Shown: positions 12,058 to 25,272 of the stretch, piece by piece
Numbering within the stretch: the stretch's first letter is position 1
Layout: the number at the start of each line of letters is the position of its first letter
DNA from: Calcarisporiella thermophila CBS 279.70
Lineage: Eukaryota > Fungi > Calcarisporiellomycota
NCBI RefSeq assembly: GCF_041956535.1
Contig: NW_027192191.1
Location: forward strand, 941,443 to 1,005,442
Reading direction: 5' to 3'
DNA: 64,000 nt
Translations under genes and position numbers: made by a program
The notes under the pieces: model-generated
What the model saw: only the letters and a program-made list of their open reading frames with translations
What the model was told of the DNA's origin: nothing
The model's database searches: none

Positions 12058-13122
12058 ATGACCTCACAGGATAACGCGTATGATCGAGTTATCAAGCGTG
12101 TAAAATCGTATGAATTATCCCCAGAGGAGCTCAGGGCTGTAGAAAAAGCGCGGAGTCAAGTTTCAACTCACAGTAGGATCATGCTTTTATAATATCGATT
12201 ATTACGCACGATTAAATGGCAAAGCTCACCGGCGCTTTTCTTTAGCATCCATAGGAACTTTTACGGGTGCACTTACTGGTTTTTTACTTGCAAGGAGAAA
12301 GCGGTTTAGCCCTTTCCAAACTTTTGCACTATCTGCTGGTAGTCTGCTGATTGGTGCCCAAATCGGTTTTCTTAGTGGTTCAATGGCGGGTATACGAACT
12401 ATACAGTCCCTCCCTAACCCAGACCGCCTGATCCGCTTGATCCGAGATATTCAAAATGATATTATCCGTGAAAAGAGGATGGGAAGCATGAGACCCCCTC
12501 CCCCAGGTGCTGGTCCTTTAGAGGGTTCTCAATCTGAAAATCAGCAACCAGGGTTGGAACAACCTGTGGAGAGACAACAGAGAGGATACAAACGAGCAGG
12601 AGAACGTATGCCCGACGTATCCGAGCAACCTGAGCCTGCGCTAGATAGAGGATATGAAGAATCACAAAGTCGTGGCGGTTTCTTTGGGGATAGTGAACCC
12701 CCCACTGGTATACGATCTATTATTATTTAATTTATGAGGCACTAATTCCCATTATGCATTTACTCGCAGAAGATGAACGGTTATTCCGACGCGAATGGCA
12801 AGACATAAACGCAAACACAAGTCAAGAAGACAATAAATCTCGATCCCGGTGGGCACAAATTCGCCTTGAACAAGGTCAGCCCCCATCCGCTTGGGATCGT
12901 ATTCGGGAGAAGGCCTATAAGTCAGACACAGGGAGAGAAAATGCTTCCGAGAATGGAAATTCCTCTCTGCCACGGTCATCTTCTTTCTCAACCTCCGACA
13001 CTCTGTATTCTAGAGACCCTCAAAATCAAACAGATGCTATTCCGCGTACTGTAGAAGACACCGAAGCAGTGCGAAGAGGATCTCGTGTTCGCACCAACCA
13101 GTATGGAGATATCGTGGAATAG
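12058..13122 (+). CDS. hypothetical membrane protein, two N-terminal hydrophobic segments, OCIA-like C-terminus
   Basis: ATG 12058, two introns, Gly-rich TM segments (GALTGFLLA; GAQIGFLSGSMAG), ends VRTNQYGDIVE. Confidence 0.75.
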
Positions 13123-13223
13123 ATTTTTAAGTTTATGCTGTATATATCCGATAAGCAGATGATTTTATTAAGGAAAAAAACTATCGCTTCTAGTTTTTAA
13201 AAACACGTTGTAATGATACAAAA

Positions 13224-14251
13224 TTAAGAGGTATATTGAATGCGATTTTCAAGGGCACGGTGATCAACATATTCTAAATCCACCAATCTGTAAAACAGTA
13301 AAAAATAAGATAAGCGTTCAAAAATAAAAACAAAAGGTGGAAGAATGGCTCCTTACCCCGTCATCATCATCTTGAAGCTTTTGAATTGCTCAGCCATTCT
13401 CACTACCGCCTCCTGTATGATTAATATCGAATTCACTTCCACCAGCCATAGGTTTTCTCCACCAAGAGGTCGAGCGGATAATAGGTCATGCTTTTGATCA
13501 AGCTATGATAAATTAAAAAAGAAAGCAGTGAGTACTGAGTATTAAACAGATAAACATTCTATAGTCTTTATCACCCTAAATAACTGCGTAACCGTGATGC
13601 GTAAAATATCATTAAAGACGAAGCAGTAGCCTTTTCGAGAAATTTCGAATGACATTCTGAATCAAATTGAAAACTTTTGAAGATTATGCGCTTGAATTCA
13701 TAGAAAAATAGTACTTACCTATACCCTAGTAAAGATAAAAAATCAAATACCTTGCCATTTATTTTAACTGTGGTTACTTGGCGTACGGTCACAGTTTTGC
13801 CAGTAAGACGAGGTTCTGGAGGACCAAACTGACATAATTGCCTATATGTATGAGAAAATGCGATTAATATCTTATATGTTTACTCTCACGTCATATGTTA
13901 CACTGTCGGAAGAAATACGATCATTTCATACCATTCTCTTATATTTAAATCATTAAGATTTTCATTCACTACAGAAGATCTTAATCTTAAAACGATGTCT
14001 TCACTTCTTGCGGGTCCGATAGGGGTCTCAACTATATTCATTTGATTCACAGTTAGCTCTTGTGTTGGTATGGGATGATTGAGCTTCTCACCAGCCGGCA
14101 CGAACACTATTTCATGTTCATATACATCTTCTTCATTTGATAGACCGCACAGACTTTTAAGTCGCTCCAGAAGGTTTGGAAGAAGAGTGTCGTCTATCAG
14201 GCCGTGAAGACTGCACTCAAATGTAGGCGCGGGGCCAGTCTGTGTGGACAT
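13224..14251 (-). CDS. MED18: Mediator subunit 18 (Srb5)
   Basis: FECSLHG...LLERLKSLCG...EHEIVF N-terminus; spliced exons to LVDLEYVDHRALENRIQYTS*. Confidence 0.85.
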
Positions 14252-14377
14252 TACGGCTAATTCCTTGGAACCAGGTATATATAATACAAAAAATTAAGAA
14301 TAGCGTCCTACGTATAAAAAGTCGTCACAACCGAAGCCATCCAATTCATATCTGAGAGAATACCAAGTTTGCATCCA

Positions 14378-15067
14378 ATGACTACTTCCGAATTCTGCTC
14401 TTCGACGTCTTATTTCGACTCTGCATCAGCAAATTATAATACCCGGCCGATCCGAAATCGCATTGCTTCGAAGGCCGCAAATGCGATTCTTGAGCGTCTA
14501 CCTTTGCATAACTTCCGTCTCCTAGATTTCGGTTGTGGCACAGGTTTACTCTCACAACGTCTTGCAGAGCACACAAGCTACATCTTAGGAGTAGATACTT
14601 CACCTCGAATGATCGAGGAATTTAACCGAATATGTTGGGAGAATGGTGTAACTCCTGAGGAAATGCGAGCTGTATGCCTAGATATAAGCTCGACGGAAAT
14701 CCCGCCAGAATTAACGCAAGAGCCACTATTTGACTGTGTGGTGACGCTTCAGGCGCTTCATCATATTCGAGATGTAACTTCGGTATTGAAAAGTTTGTCC
14801 AGACACATCTCCTCAGGTGGGTGGTTTGCGGGCGTGGATTTACGCAGAAAAGAAGAATACGGTAGCTACTTCCTTTGCTCTTCCTCTACGAATTCACATA
14901 GTAATGTTTACCATCGTGGCGGATTCACTCCTGAGGAACTTGAGGATGCCTTGATAGGAGCAGGATTTGTGGACATTATTGTAGAAACAGCATTCGTGCT
15001 TCCAAAGCAAATCGGGCAACACCTTATTGAATTTGAATTTGTTATTGCAATTGGCCGGAAGCCATAG
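14378..15067 (+). CDS. class I SAM-dependent methyltransferase, intronless
   Basis: LLDFGCGTG motif I, GVDTSPRMI, FDCVVTLQALHHI, terminal IGRKP. Confidence 0.9.
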   Translation: MTTSEFCSSTSYFDSASANYNTRPIRNRIASKAANAILERLPLHNFRLLDFGCGTGLLSQRLAEHTSYILGVDTSPRMIEEFNRICWENGVTPEEMRAVCLDISSTEIPPELTQEPLFDCVVTLQALHHIRDVTSVLKSLSRHISSGGWFAGVDLRRKEEYGSYFLCSSSTNSHSNVYHRGGFTPEELEDALIGAGFVDIIVETAFVLPKQIGQHLIEFEFVIAIGRKP

Positions 15068-16467
15068 CATATTACTATATATACTGTAAAATATAGTGTA
15101 TGTGGGAAAGTTCCAAGTGTTGCTGTGTACTTCATTTTAAGGAGAAACGATCGCATATTTAGTACGATGAATATGTATCAAGCATGAGAAACATAAAGCA
15201 TATTTAAAAATGACTATCAATTCGCCTAGTTGGCACGTTAAAAAAAATCAATATATTTTTCCCTCTTAAACTAGCCTTTTTATTAAATAGAATAGAATAT
15301 TATATATGAGAGAATGGGGATGCAGAATACGATTTGAAGTGCCTTTTTTTTTAAAAAAAAAAAAGATTCTTCAATATAGCCCTTAAATATTTTCAGAGTA
15401 TAAAATATGAATCTGTGAAGTCGTGGATTGGTTAACACATTCTGAAAAATAGAATATAAGAATCATAATTGAGAATTTGTATTATTTTATATAACAACAC
15501 GTTTTAAATCGCGTTTTATAGTTAATAATGGATCATATGTTATTAGAAGAAAATATTTTATTTGGAGGTATTCGTAATCGTATTCCAAAGACTGTCCCAT
15601 TCTTATCATTTGTTTTTTCCTATACTCTTTATTTTATTTCACCCTTATCTCATTATTTTTCGCAAATAGACAGGACCCTTATCTGGATTAACATTTCCCA
15701 AGGGTTTACTTTTAGTCGTTGCATGGTTTAAATGGAAAATCAATAGGGATCTACCCGAAAGTGAGTGAAAAAAAAAATGTCAGTGCGCAAATTGCTTCTC
15801 GGTTCAACTGAGAGCACCATGTTTATTTCATATAAAATAGTTGCTATAGAAGAATAAGATTACGGAAAATCAGGAATAGTAAAATAAAAGATGTTGGCGG
15901 CAAAATCTTAATATAGGCAAAATGGCTCTAGCCCCATTAATAGGGGACAGCAAGGTGTCACAGCACTTGCATATTATAGGAATAGGGAGATGAATTAAAG
16001 GCATCAGTTATATTACAACCATATATTTGGATATACGAGAGTTGATTCAATGGTGAATATCCCTAGCTCCAAGAGAGCTGGATCTCTATTTAAATTTACA
16101 GTCTAAGACAAATTACACCCTTACAGGCGAAAAAGAGGGCCAAGAAACCCTTCCCCTAGTGAGGGGATTGTTTGAATAACCTATAGTTTTATCATAAGTA
16201 GAATACCCTTTAACTAGTCTAACGGTCAAAGGGAGGAGTTCCAAATAGCAAATCAACGCCAATTAACTTAATTGCTTGATTTTCCAAATTGAAATCGGGC
16301 GAAGAGGGAACGGATATTTTAGTTTCTCTCTCGACGATCTCTCAGTTTCCCCATGTGTTTTGGATCAAACGCCACAAGTACTCTCTAATTTATTATGCCC
16401 ATTTTTTTTTTCGTCGTTTTCTTCCCAAGAGTAAAGAGTACACGAGAAGAAGCTCTACGTTAATATC

Positions 16468-17316
16468 ATGCCTGGAACGAACAATCCATCCGAGCAAAAG
16501 GACCAGTCCAAGCAAACCGAGCTGCCGGGCCAGCAAGATCAGAAAGACTTACAAAAACTTTGTGAGCAACCAGCACAGCAGGAAATGGAGCGTCGCCCCT
16601 CTCTCGAACCCCATGATAGGCGACGCGTACTGATGTGTCTGGACAGCTCCGACTTCGCAAAGGAAGCGTTTGAATGGTCCATCAAGAATCTCCTTCGTCC
16701 AGGATCAGATCACGTAGTTCTTGCAACCTCCGTGGAGCGGTCTGGAACACCTATACGCGCCGACTTTAGAGATCATGCTGTTGGAAATGGGCTTAGACGG
16801 CGAATGAGCGAGGTCGAGCAGGAAAAAGGAACAGAGATGCTACGGCCTCTAGCAGAACGTCTAGTCGAATTTGGGGTATGCTCTTGTAACTAGTTATCTG
16901 AAGAATTCGGCTCACCAGATCATATTATATAGGTTACTGCTCAAGTGTGGGTGCTCAAAGGCGACCCCAAGGAAAAGCTAGTAGAATTATCGAAAAAGCT
17001 AAATATTGACATGGTTATCGTCGGTTCTCGGGGACGAGGATTATTAAAGAGGTATTCTGATAATTAGATCGTCATGTTTTAACGTTCTCCCGCTAATGTA
17101 CATATTTCAATTGCTTAGTCAACTCCTTGGAAGCGTTTCGAGTTATTTGTAAGTACCATTTGCTATTGAATATTTCACCCTGGATTATATATACATATTC
17201 TGCAAATATTTAGGGTCCATCACTGCGAATGTCCTGTGATTGTAGCAAAATCAAAGAAGACTGAGCATACCCCAACAAGAAGGAGATCTGTTATTGGAAT
17301 TATAGGTGGGCAGTAA
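16468..17316 (+). CDS. universal stress protein (USP domain)
   Basis: RRVLMCLDSS..AFEW, GDPKEKL, DMVIVGSRGRG, LGSVSSYLVHHCECPVIV across 4 exons. Confidence 0.92.
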
Positions 17317-17575
17317 AGAATCGATTTGTTAGATTATATTTTTTTTTTCTTCATGCCCCTTCAAATTTCATGTTTACTTTCTTGACCTAATTCAATGTTA
17401 ATAGTATTTACAAAATTTATTTTATTCTGCCTCATGATATATATTTCTTATGAAACCATAGTACAACAAAAAATATATATATAAAATTAATAGTGATTCG
17501 CTACATAATGTCGTTTGGAACAAAAAATATTACAATCAAAAGTATATTCTTGACTTCATGGAATGCTTTTGATGT

Positions 17576-18890
17576 TTACTGGCTTTTTTCTCCAGATTCA
17601 CGCTGCTTCTCCGCTTCATTGCGCCTATTCACCAGCACCTCCACAACTCGTGGCACGTTTCCATGGTAGCGTCGAAGCAAATCTTCGAGATCGGTTTCGC
17701 CATAAAATCCCATCGCATGAAGTTGCTTCACAAGTTCATCAATTTCTTGTTCAAAATTAGCAGTTTGCTGCTGTTGTTGCTGATGCTGGGATCCAGTAGC
17801 CCCGAATCTCCCGTATCCACAGTTGGCGCTTCCTGGAGAAAATCGGCGTCCTTGATTAAAGTATGTGTCCCCGCATCCTCTTTGCCAGCCATGACAACCG
17901 CGACGACCCCACCAGGGCCCACCAAATCCGCCGAATCCTCCAAATTGACGATATTGTTCATTATTCTGCAATGACTGCAGCCAGTGCTCAAGATTTTGAA
18001 CATCGAAGTTAACCGCTATATTCTCTGCAACCTAAAGAAAAGGGTGCCTTTTGTTAAATCTTTGTTGAAACAAATGACGCTGAATTAAAATGCTTTCTTA
18101 CGTGATTCATTATAGAGTTAATACGTTCAATGATTTCGGGGTTCTGGTCCAACAAGTCTCTAAACCGCTCTGCTAATCCCTCTACCTCACGGGCCAGCTT
18201 AACAAAGGGAGGCTCCCCCTCTTGGGTACTTTGCCCTTCTCCTTGACTCGCAGAGTTTTTAGCTTCTCCTGTTGAACTCCCCTCTTCCTGAGGATTCGCT
18301 GCCACCCCCTCAGTTTCCATGGGTGTGGCATTGTCTTCGGCAACATCCTCAACTGTCACTGCTCTGTATTTCCCCTTTTCGGAGTCGCCAGCATTCACAT
18401 TACTCTCTCCTTCGGCACGCTCCTGCTCCGGGGCTGGAGTTACAAAATTTTCCGTCACTTCAGTACGAGGTGTCTGTGCGCCTGCGGCAACGAAATCCCA
18501 CCCCTCTGAGTCGGAGCTGACAAGATAGAACCTGGTAATATTTGTGGCAAGAGCTTCGCGCAGCTCCTCAGTAGTATCCAAGGAAATAATATCACCATCG
18601 TGGTCATGGTATTGAAGCGTAGGGTTGGTCACCAAGGGGAAGAGTGTGCGGAGCTTGAAATGAAAAAAAAAGGAGTTAGCAAGAATATCTTTAAGTATCA
18701 GCTATTGAGCTATATCCGCGACTTAAAAGTCTCCAGGAGATAAAAGGTCCAGGATATACCTGGGACGGTATGGAGGATATGAATAATTTCTAACCTTCTC
18801 CTTCAACTGCTCCCAAGTAGTGTTCTCGGTGTCAAGCGATATGCGCCGAGCTTTGTTGCGCAAGATAAATTTGACAGAGACGACAGCCAT
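17576..18890 (-). CDS. PB1 + LIR + UBA protein (p62/SQSTM1/NBR1-like selective autophagy receptor)
   Basis: PB1 basic Lys (VSVKF) and OPCA acidic motif (YHDHDGDIISLDTTEEL); DSEGWDFV LIR-like motif; C-terminal QLHAMGF...LLRRYHGNVPRVVEVL UBA. Confidence 0.8.
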
Positions 18891-18989
18891 TTCGAATTCG
18901 TTTTTCACAGAAGCGTGATTCCTTATTTTATTGTATGAATTGATAAAAAAAAGAGTTGAAGGAGTATGAGGGGAAATCCGTTTCAGTTA

Positions 18990-19195
18990 GCCCCTTATAT
19001 ATTAGAGCTTTCATTTGGAGGCCGCGTAAACCCTCTTGGCAGTCGTAGGCAAACTGACTACGGAATAATTTCACATCGGTCGAATCCTATTGGCTGACAA
19101 AAATTTTAGTACGTCAGCTGGAAGCTTCCAGAGCGAAGTGGAGGTCGATTGTTTTGCGCAAGACGTTGCTTAAGAATTTCGTGTTGCGTAAGAGG
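18990..19195 (-). promoter_or_regulatory. candidate stress-responsive promoter of the PB1-UBA gene
   Basis: TATATAA about 105 bp upstream of ATG, CCAAT, GAAgcTTCcaGAG HSE-like site at ~19121, three TTGCnnAAGA copies at 19154, 19166 and 19184. Confidence 0.45.
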
Positions 19196-19307
19196 GCAGG
19201 AAGGAATGTTGGAGAATATTAAGGAATAATAAAAAGAACACAATTCCACATTAAGGTTTGCCGAAATAAGTACGCATGAATAATTACAATGTTGACAATA
19301 GTAAGGG

Positions 19308-21668
19308 TCAGATTATTTCGCTCTTTTCATTCTCCTTTTCACCGAAATGCTCTGGTACTCGATATACAAACACAGCAGGCATACCCGCCTCCAACGATAG
19401 ATCGCGTTCCTCGGAGCCATTCACTTTTACAAGCAACACATCCCCTCGTAAATGTACGTCGAATATCTGTCTCTCGAAAATAGATATGGAGAGGGCAGGG
19501 ATTAAAGGCTCTTGCAGATCCTGTTGATGTTGTGTAAGGATATCTTCGATACGCCACACATAGAGCTGCCCATCATATCCCCCACTCACGAGATATTTGC
19601 CATCGTCAGAAAGCGCCAGCGCTGTGATGAATGAAGTGTGCACGCGTGCGAGCTGCAACTTGGAGGTAAATAGTGTTTTGCCGCTCGGAGAGGTGATGGA
19701 GTTAACTAAGGGGAAATATACACGAAATTATGAGCATTTTGCGTCGAAAAGTAAGAGTATCACCGACGCCAAACTTACAGAACTTTAGAATGCCTTGACC
19801 CACTACCGGAGTTTGTGTCTGCTTATCTTTCAGCTTGCTTCGTTTTTTAGGCGGATTACCTGCAGGAGTTGTTGCCAAGCTTCTCTTGGTAGCTTGTGAG
19901 CTATACTTGTCCAGAATGCTCCGATCAAAAAAGAGAGTGATGCGGTCGTCTTGACCGGCGACGACCAGGAATCTATGGTAATATTGCTTTAGCTTAAAAA
20001 TTTAGTAGAACCAAAAATTTCTCGAATTGCCTGTTCTGTTTTTGCCAGCATATACTCATCACTGCTCCAAACTCAATGCAATTTTGCCATGTAACTGTTA
20101 AATCAACTTCGTCACTATGAATCACATGTGTCCCCCGCTTTTGAATCCTTACTGATAGGACCGTAACTGACCCATCCTTAAGACCAACAGCGAGCATACT
20201 GCAATTGTTCGCGTAAATCAAAAGAAGCAATGGGATATTATGACAATGCCATGAGAAGTATACTGAAAAAAGCACTTACTTTCCATCGCTTGAGAATTTT
20301 ACTGCAGTGATCTCAGGCTCATTCTTGCCAGAGGACCGCCATAAAAGAGGACTTTTACGATACCAATGGCCTTGAGGTTCTTCTCCTTCTGGAATCTGCG
20401 TAAACGCATCCGTTTCATTGAGAGTGGGCGTCTTTGCAGGTTTTTCATCAAGAATATGGCAAGTATAGATTGCAAGACGACTGCCTAACGCTACAATGAA
20501 CAAGGAAGAACAAGGATGCCAGCACACACTTTTTGAAAATAAAAAATTAAAGAAACTAAGAACATGTGGAAATAGGCAAAACAAAAATCATACAACGATA
20601 CCTACCAGTTGATTGCATTTTCAACATTACTTTGAAAGCCAGAATCGAACTTAAGAGGTAGCATTCGTCTTTGAGAAAAATCGCAGACATAAACTGGCAA
20701 AATCCCATTCATTTCAAACTCTAATGTGAGAGCCAGGAGAAGCATATCGCTGGTTTCGTGCCACTGGCATATCCACTGCGAATTTGCTGCTAATACTCTA
20801 TTAACTGAGAGTTCCTAAATTGTAGAAGCGATGAAATAGCTTAAGTCGTCCAAATGATATAAATTAAGGTTGAAATACCTACCACAGAAAAATCACTTCG
20901 AAATAATGGAGATGGAGAGACCAGGCAATCAAGCGCCTCAAATATGGGGCCCTCTATTAGCTTCTTTCTTTCTCCGGTGCCAATTGTCGAATCTGACCAA
21001 AAGTGTAGGCGCGAGTCACTTACGGAACTGAAATAGATATTCTCCTAAAAAGAGAAAGAATTACTCAAACTAGAGTTGGGGTCAAATTAGATAAAGTTAT
21101 GCTTACAGAATGCTTCAGGTCTCTCTTTCCTCTAATTGCTAAAGATAATTCTCGACAATCTCGAAGGGGGATAATCTGTAATAGAGTTGGGACAAAAGAT
21201 GACCTTGCAATTTTTGTAGACGCGTCATTGATCCAAGAATGCCCCTCGAATGGGTGCTGGCAAAAACATTTCATCCGAGAAAGTGTCAATTTGACATCCC
21301 GTCGACTAAATGGGTAAGCGTAGGACGATTTAACCTAAGAAAATTAAGAAATTTCGGAAATACCCACTCTGCACAAACTAATGCATCCCAAATATCGTTC
21401 TTTCTGTAGAGTCTAAAAGAATCACAAGGGCAGTTCTATCATAAAAATGCTTAATTAATTTCGTGTATCTATCCGATTGAAAATGTGTAGCATACTTTGT
21501 TCCAATTGTTCATACAGCCGCCATACTTTGCGTTGTTTGTTCCTGCTCCATTTTCTTGCTAAATAGTGATCATAATTACACCAAGTGATGAATGCAATTA
21601 GTGTATACTACTTAATAGATTATTCTTATCATTATTAGAATAGACGTCCAAGATCTCACCTCTGTCAT
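19308..21668 (-). CDS. WD40-repeat protein with Cys/His-rich N-terminus, many exons
   Basis: WD repeats (HTSFITALALSDDGKYLVSGGYDGQLYVWR; ITAVKFSSDG; CWHPCSSLF); spliced start MTE|QENGAGTNNAKYGGCMNNWNK|NCPCDSF. Confidence 0.75.
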
Positions 21669-22286
21669 GTTGTCGCGACAGAATTTTGTCTATTTAATTT
21701 TATCAATATTTTACAACTGATATGTTTCGCCACTTTGGTCGCGTTATGGTTTAATTCCAAAAGCAGTCACAGTCAAGGTACTATGTAAGAATTTGGAAAG
21801 TGATTTACGCGTTGGATGTTTAGAGAATATATATTATATCTCCTATGAAACTGCTATGCAAAAAGCTTTATTTAACAAGTCTGAATGGGTCAATAACCCG
21901 GTGCATATTAACATATATTAAAAACGTTATTGTTTTTCATGAGATTGATAAAATATTAGGTATCCACCACTTTGGGGGAGCTCATTGAACAAAGAAAAAA
22001 GTTGTCCTCTTTACTCCATTTGCTATTATTTAAAGCTGCTATTTTTACCTCGAATAGTACCAAGGCAGGTAAAATATAGAATCAAGAAAATCGATGATAT
22101 TTAACCCCTATTTTCTATTACTCTTTTGTCTTGCCGCTAAGGGTATGATAAGTGTTCAAAATGCCCTCAATCAAAAGAAGATATCCAAAAATATATAGCA
22201 CATAAGATGGGGGATATACAAATAAGGTAAAACGAGAAATAAGATAGCCTGTTGGATATTAAATAAAAATGAGTATATAATTATAT

Positions 22287-23466
22287 TTATGAATCGAAAG
22301 CCCTATTATTCGAGATTAGAGGAGGCAGCGACAAGTATCGTGACGACGGAGATCCTCTTTGCCTTTCTTCCGCCACATCTAATGAGGAATGTTTTGCGAA
22401 GCTAGCTCCAAGTCTACTGGTACTCCCTTTATCGCTCCCACTAAAAATGCAATCGTCAAGTGAATTAAGAGAACTCGCCGATCTATTCATGGAAGAGTGG
22501 CCTCTGAGATTCGGTGTGCCAGGGACTGAGAGGGTTATGTTCCCCTCTGTAACATCGGGCATTAGCATCTGTCTAAAGGCTTCTTGCTCTTCAAAGAATC
22601 GGGCACGTTTTCTGTGTACTTGCCGTCGGTGATGTCTGTGCAACACCCAGAGGAGTAGCAAAGTCAGCAATACGAAAAATAGGATTGCAGCGCCAATCAA
22701 CACAAAAACCCATATCGGTGCTTGTCTATAGGCATCGAGGGGATGATCGCATACGCCAGCCTCGTTGCACGCGTCCGAAATGCACTCTCGGTCTTGTTCG
22801 CATTGTGCCCCAAGCGGCTTTGCCTCTATACATTTCCCAGTCGAATCTTCACAAAACGTATCATGAGCACAGTCATCTCGCACCACTCTTTGTAGGATTG
22901 AATGCTCTCCATCGTATCCCATCCGCCTGTATTCCGTAATGTCTATCACGCATGGTTGATTGAGAGTTCGAATTTTGAGCGCGCACTTGTTGTTCAGACA
23001 GATTCCAAATTTGCCCTCACACTCATCATCACGCGAGGGCTCGCAGCTTTCGTTGAATTTACGAAGGGGCATACAATGTAGATTATTGTCGGGACAATAA
23101 GAAGTGTTGCTGGGACAGCGTACCGGAAATGGAATGACAAGATTCCATTCAGGTAAGTAATCTGTATTTCTAATATAGATTCGTAAGAAATCTCAGCTAG
23201 CATCGAGATTAGACGAGGTCTGCCTATCCTTACCTGCATCCTTTGTATACACACGTATTATTCTCACCATCACATGCAAGCATAGGACTTTGGCAATCGT
23301 CGATATAGTGCTTGGAGGCGTCGCTGTATCGGGGGGAAGGGTCGCAAGAATCACCCCACGCCTTAGCACGTACAAAGCTCGGAAGGAGGAAAAGAGCAAT
23401 AGATATAACCGCCCATCCCAAACGAAATAACTTAGATGGATTGGGTATCATGCTTGTCAACGACAT
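22287..23466 (-). CDS. type I membrane protein with Cys-rich extracellular region
   Basis: Signal-like N-terminus, ~20 Cys ectodomain, TM IWVFVLIGAAILFFVLLTLLLLWVL followed by HRHHRR; one intron at ~23170-23233. Confidence 0.85.
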
Positions 23467-23847
23467 AATATGGTATATATTTTTAGGCGGTTTTTATTAT
23501 TATATCGCAACCTAAAATTAGGATCTTTTGTGGCTTATATCACGTTCTAATGTGATAGCCCTTCATTCGATAGATAGGTTTATTAAACTCTCTGCCCGAT
23601 CAAGTCCAGTTCAAACTTACAATCTATCAATCACGTAACCCCAAGAAATCTGAAGTGAAAATCTCGAAAAAAAAATGGCTGAAAAGAAGAGCATTTTTTT
23701 TGAGAAAAAAAAAGTGATAATTCATTAGGAGGAAATATATATAGGTTATATTATATATTTATAAATATTATCAAATACTTGTGCTTATCTAAAACCCTAT
23801 ATATTGATTTATTAACACCAACATTTCGGTTGCTAGGTATTATTATT

Positions 23848-25272
23848 ATGGAGAATACTCTGCCTTTCCTTAACATCAAGAATCCTCTCGTTACATACTC
23901 CCGACTTGGTTGGGGATTACTTATTTTTTATAAGGAAATTTTAGTTTTCTTATTTGCTGTCACTAGCTGTCAATGGCCGGATATGTCTTCTTCTCTGCAT
24001 CCTCCGTATCATCTTGCTGTCATTGCTGACCCGCAGATTACCGATGAATACTCTTATGATCGAAAGGGCTTATTGCTAGAAATAACGAAATTCTACTCGG
24101 ATATGTATATGAGGCGAAATTTTCGGCATTTGAGTAGGCGGAAGAAGCCTGATGCGGTAATATTTCTAGGGGATTTGATGGATGGAGGACGAGAAATCAA
24201 AAAGCAAGAAGAGTATGTGTGCAAAATAAGATTCAGTGTTTTATAGCTCGGAATTAACCCTAGCATGGTTACATGCCTGCTCGTTATTATGTAACTTAGC
24301 TATGCTAAAGAGCTGCATCGGTTTCGGCACCTTTTTCGCCCAGTTTCTTCACCTTCTCCACGATATTACTTCATGGCCGGTAATCATGATATTGGCTTTG
24401 GAGACTCCATAGTCCCTCTCGCTGTACAGCGCTATCGCGCATCGTTTGGAGAGTTAAACTACGAAATCCAACTAGCCAACCACTCTATTGTGGTGTTGGA
24501 CACATTATCATTGAGTAGTCAGAAGGCGAATATAAGAAGGGAAGCCGCGGCCTTATTGGAGAGAGTTGGGAGAGGTGAGATACGTTTAATATACCCAGAT
24601 CGTTATCTTTGATCAGATCAGAGTTTCAATGTGAGATCCATTTCACTAGAATCCTCTATCCCCCCTCAACCTCGTATACTTTTTACTCATGTCCCTCTCT
24701 ATCGACCGTCGGGAAGCTACTGTGGCCCGGAGCGTTCACATATTGGATCGATTGAGAACGGGAGTGGCTATCAATATCAGAACCTGATAGATCAAACCCT
24801 TTCCCAACGGATATTAGCCACGCTTCAGCCATCACTCGTTTTGAGCGGAGATGATCACGATTATTGCGAAGTGCAGCACTCGTGGAAGGATCATGGCGCC
24901 AAAGAGATCACTGTTAGCTCATTTAGTATGACAATGGGAGTGAAGATCCCGGGGTATGTCCTACTTTCTCTACATGACCCTACGCTTTTTTCCAGCTCGG
25001 TCGGTCATGCATTTTGTCCACTCCCAAATCAGATCGAAATCTTCCTCACCTACGCACTAGCACTCCTAATTAATCTCGTGGTGCTTGCTGTATTTCGGAG
25101 AAAAACCGAGAAGTATATTCCCCTACATCATAATGAACTGGATGATGGGGCAAAGAACAAGTGGCAATTTGTGAGGAAGCGAATTTGGAAAAGAATTGGA
25201 AATGATGTGGTGCAAATTGGATGGGTAGCTTTAAGCGTATATGTAGGATGCCTGGTGATTAGCTTCCTGTAG
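23848..25272 (+). CDS. CDC1: Cdc1/MPPE1-like metallophosphoesterase (GPI remodelling)
   Basis: IADPQI, FLGDLMDGG, AGNHDIG, LFTHVPL, GYQYQN, SGDDHDYC motifs; C-terminal TMs. Confidence 0.9.
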
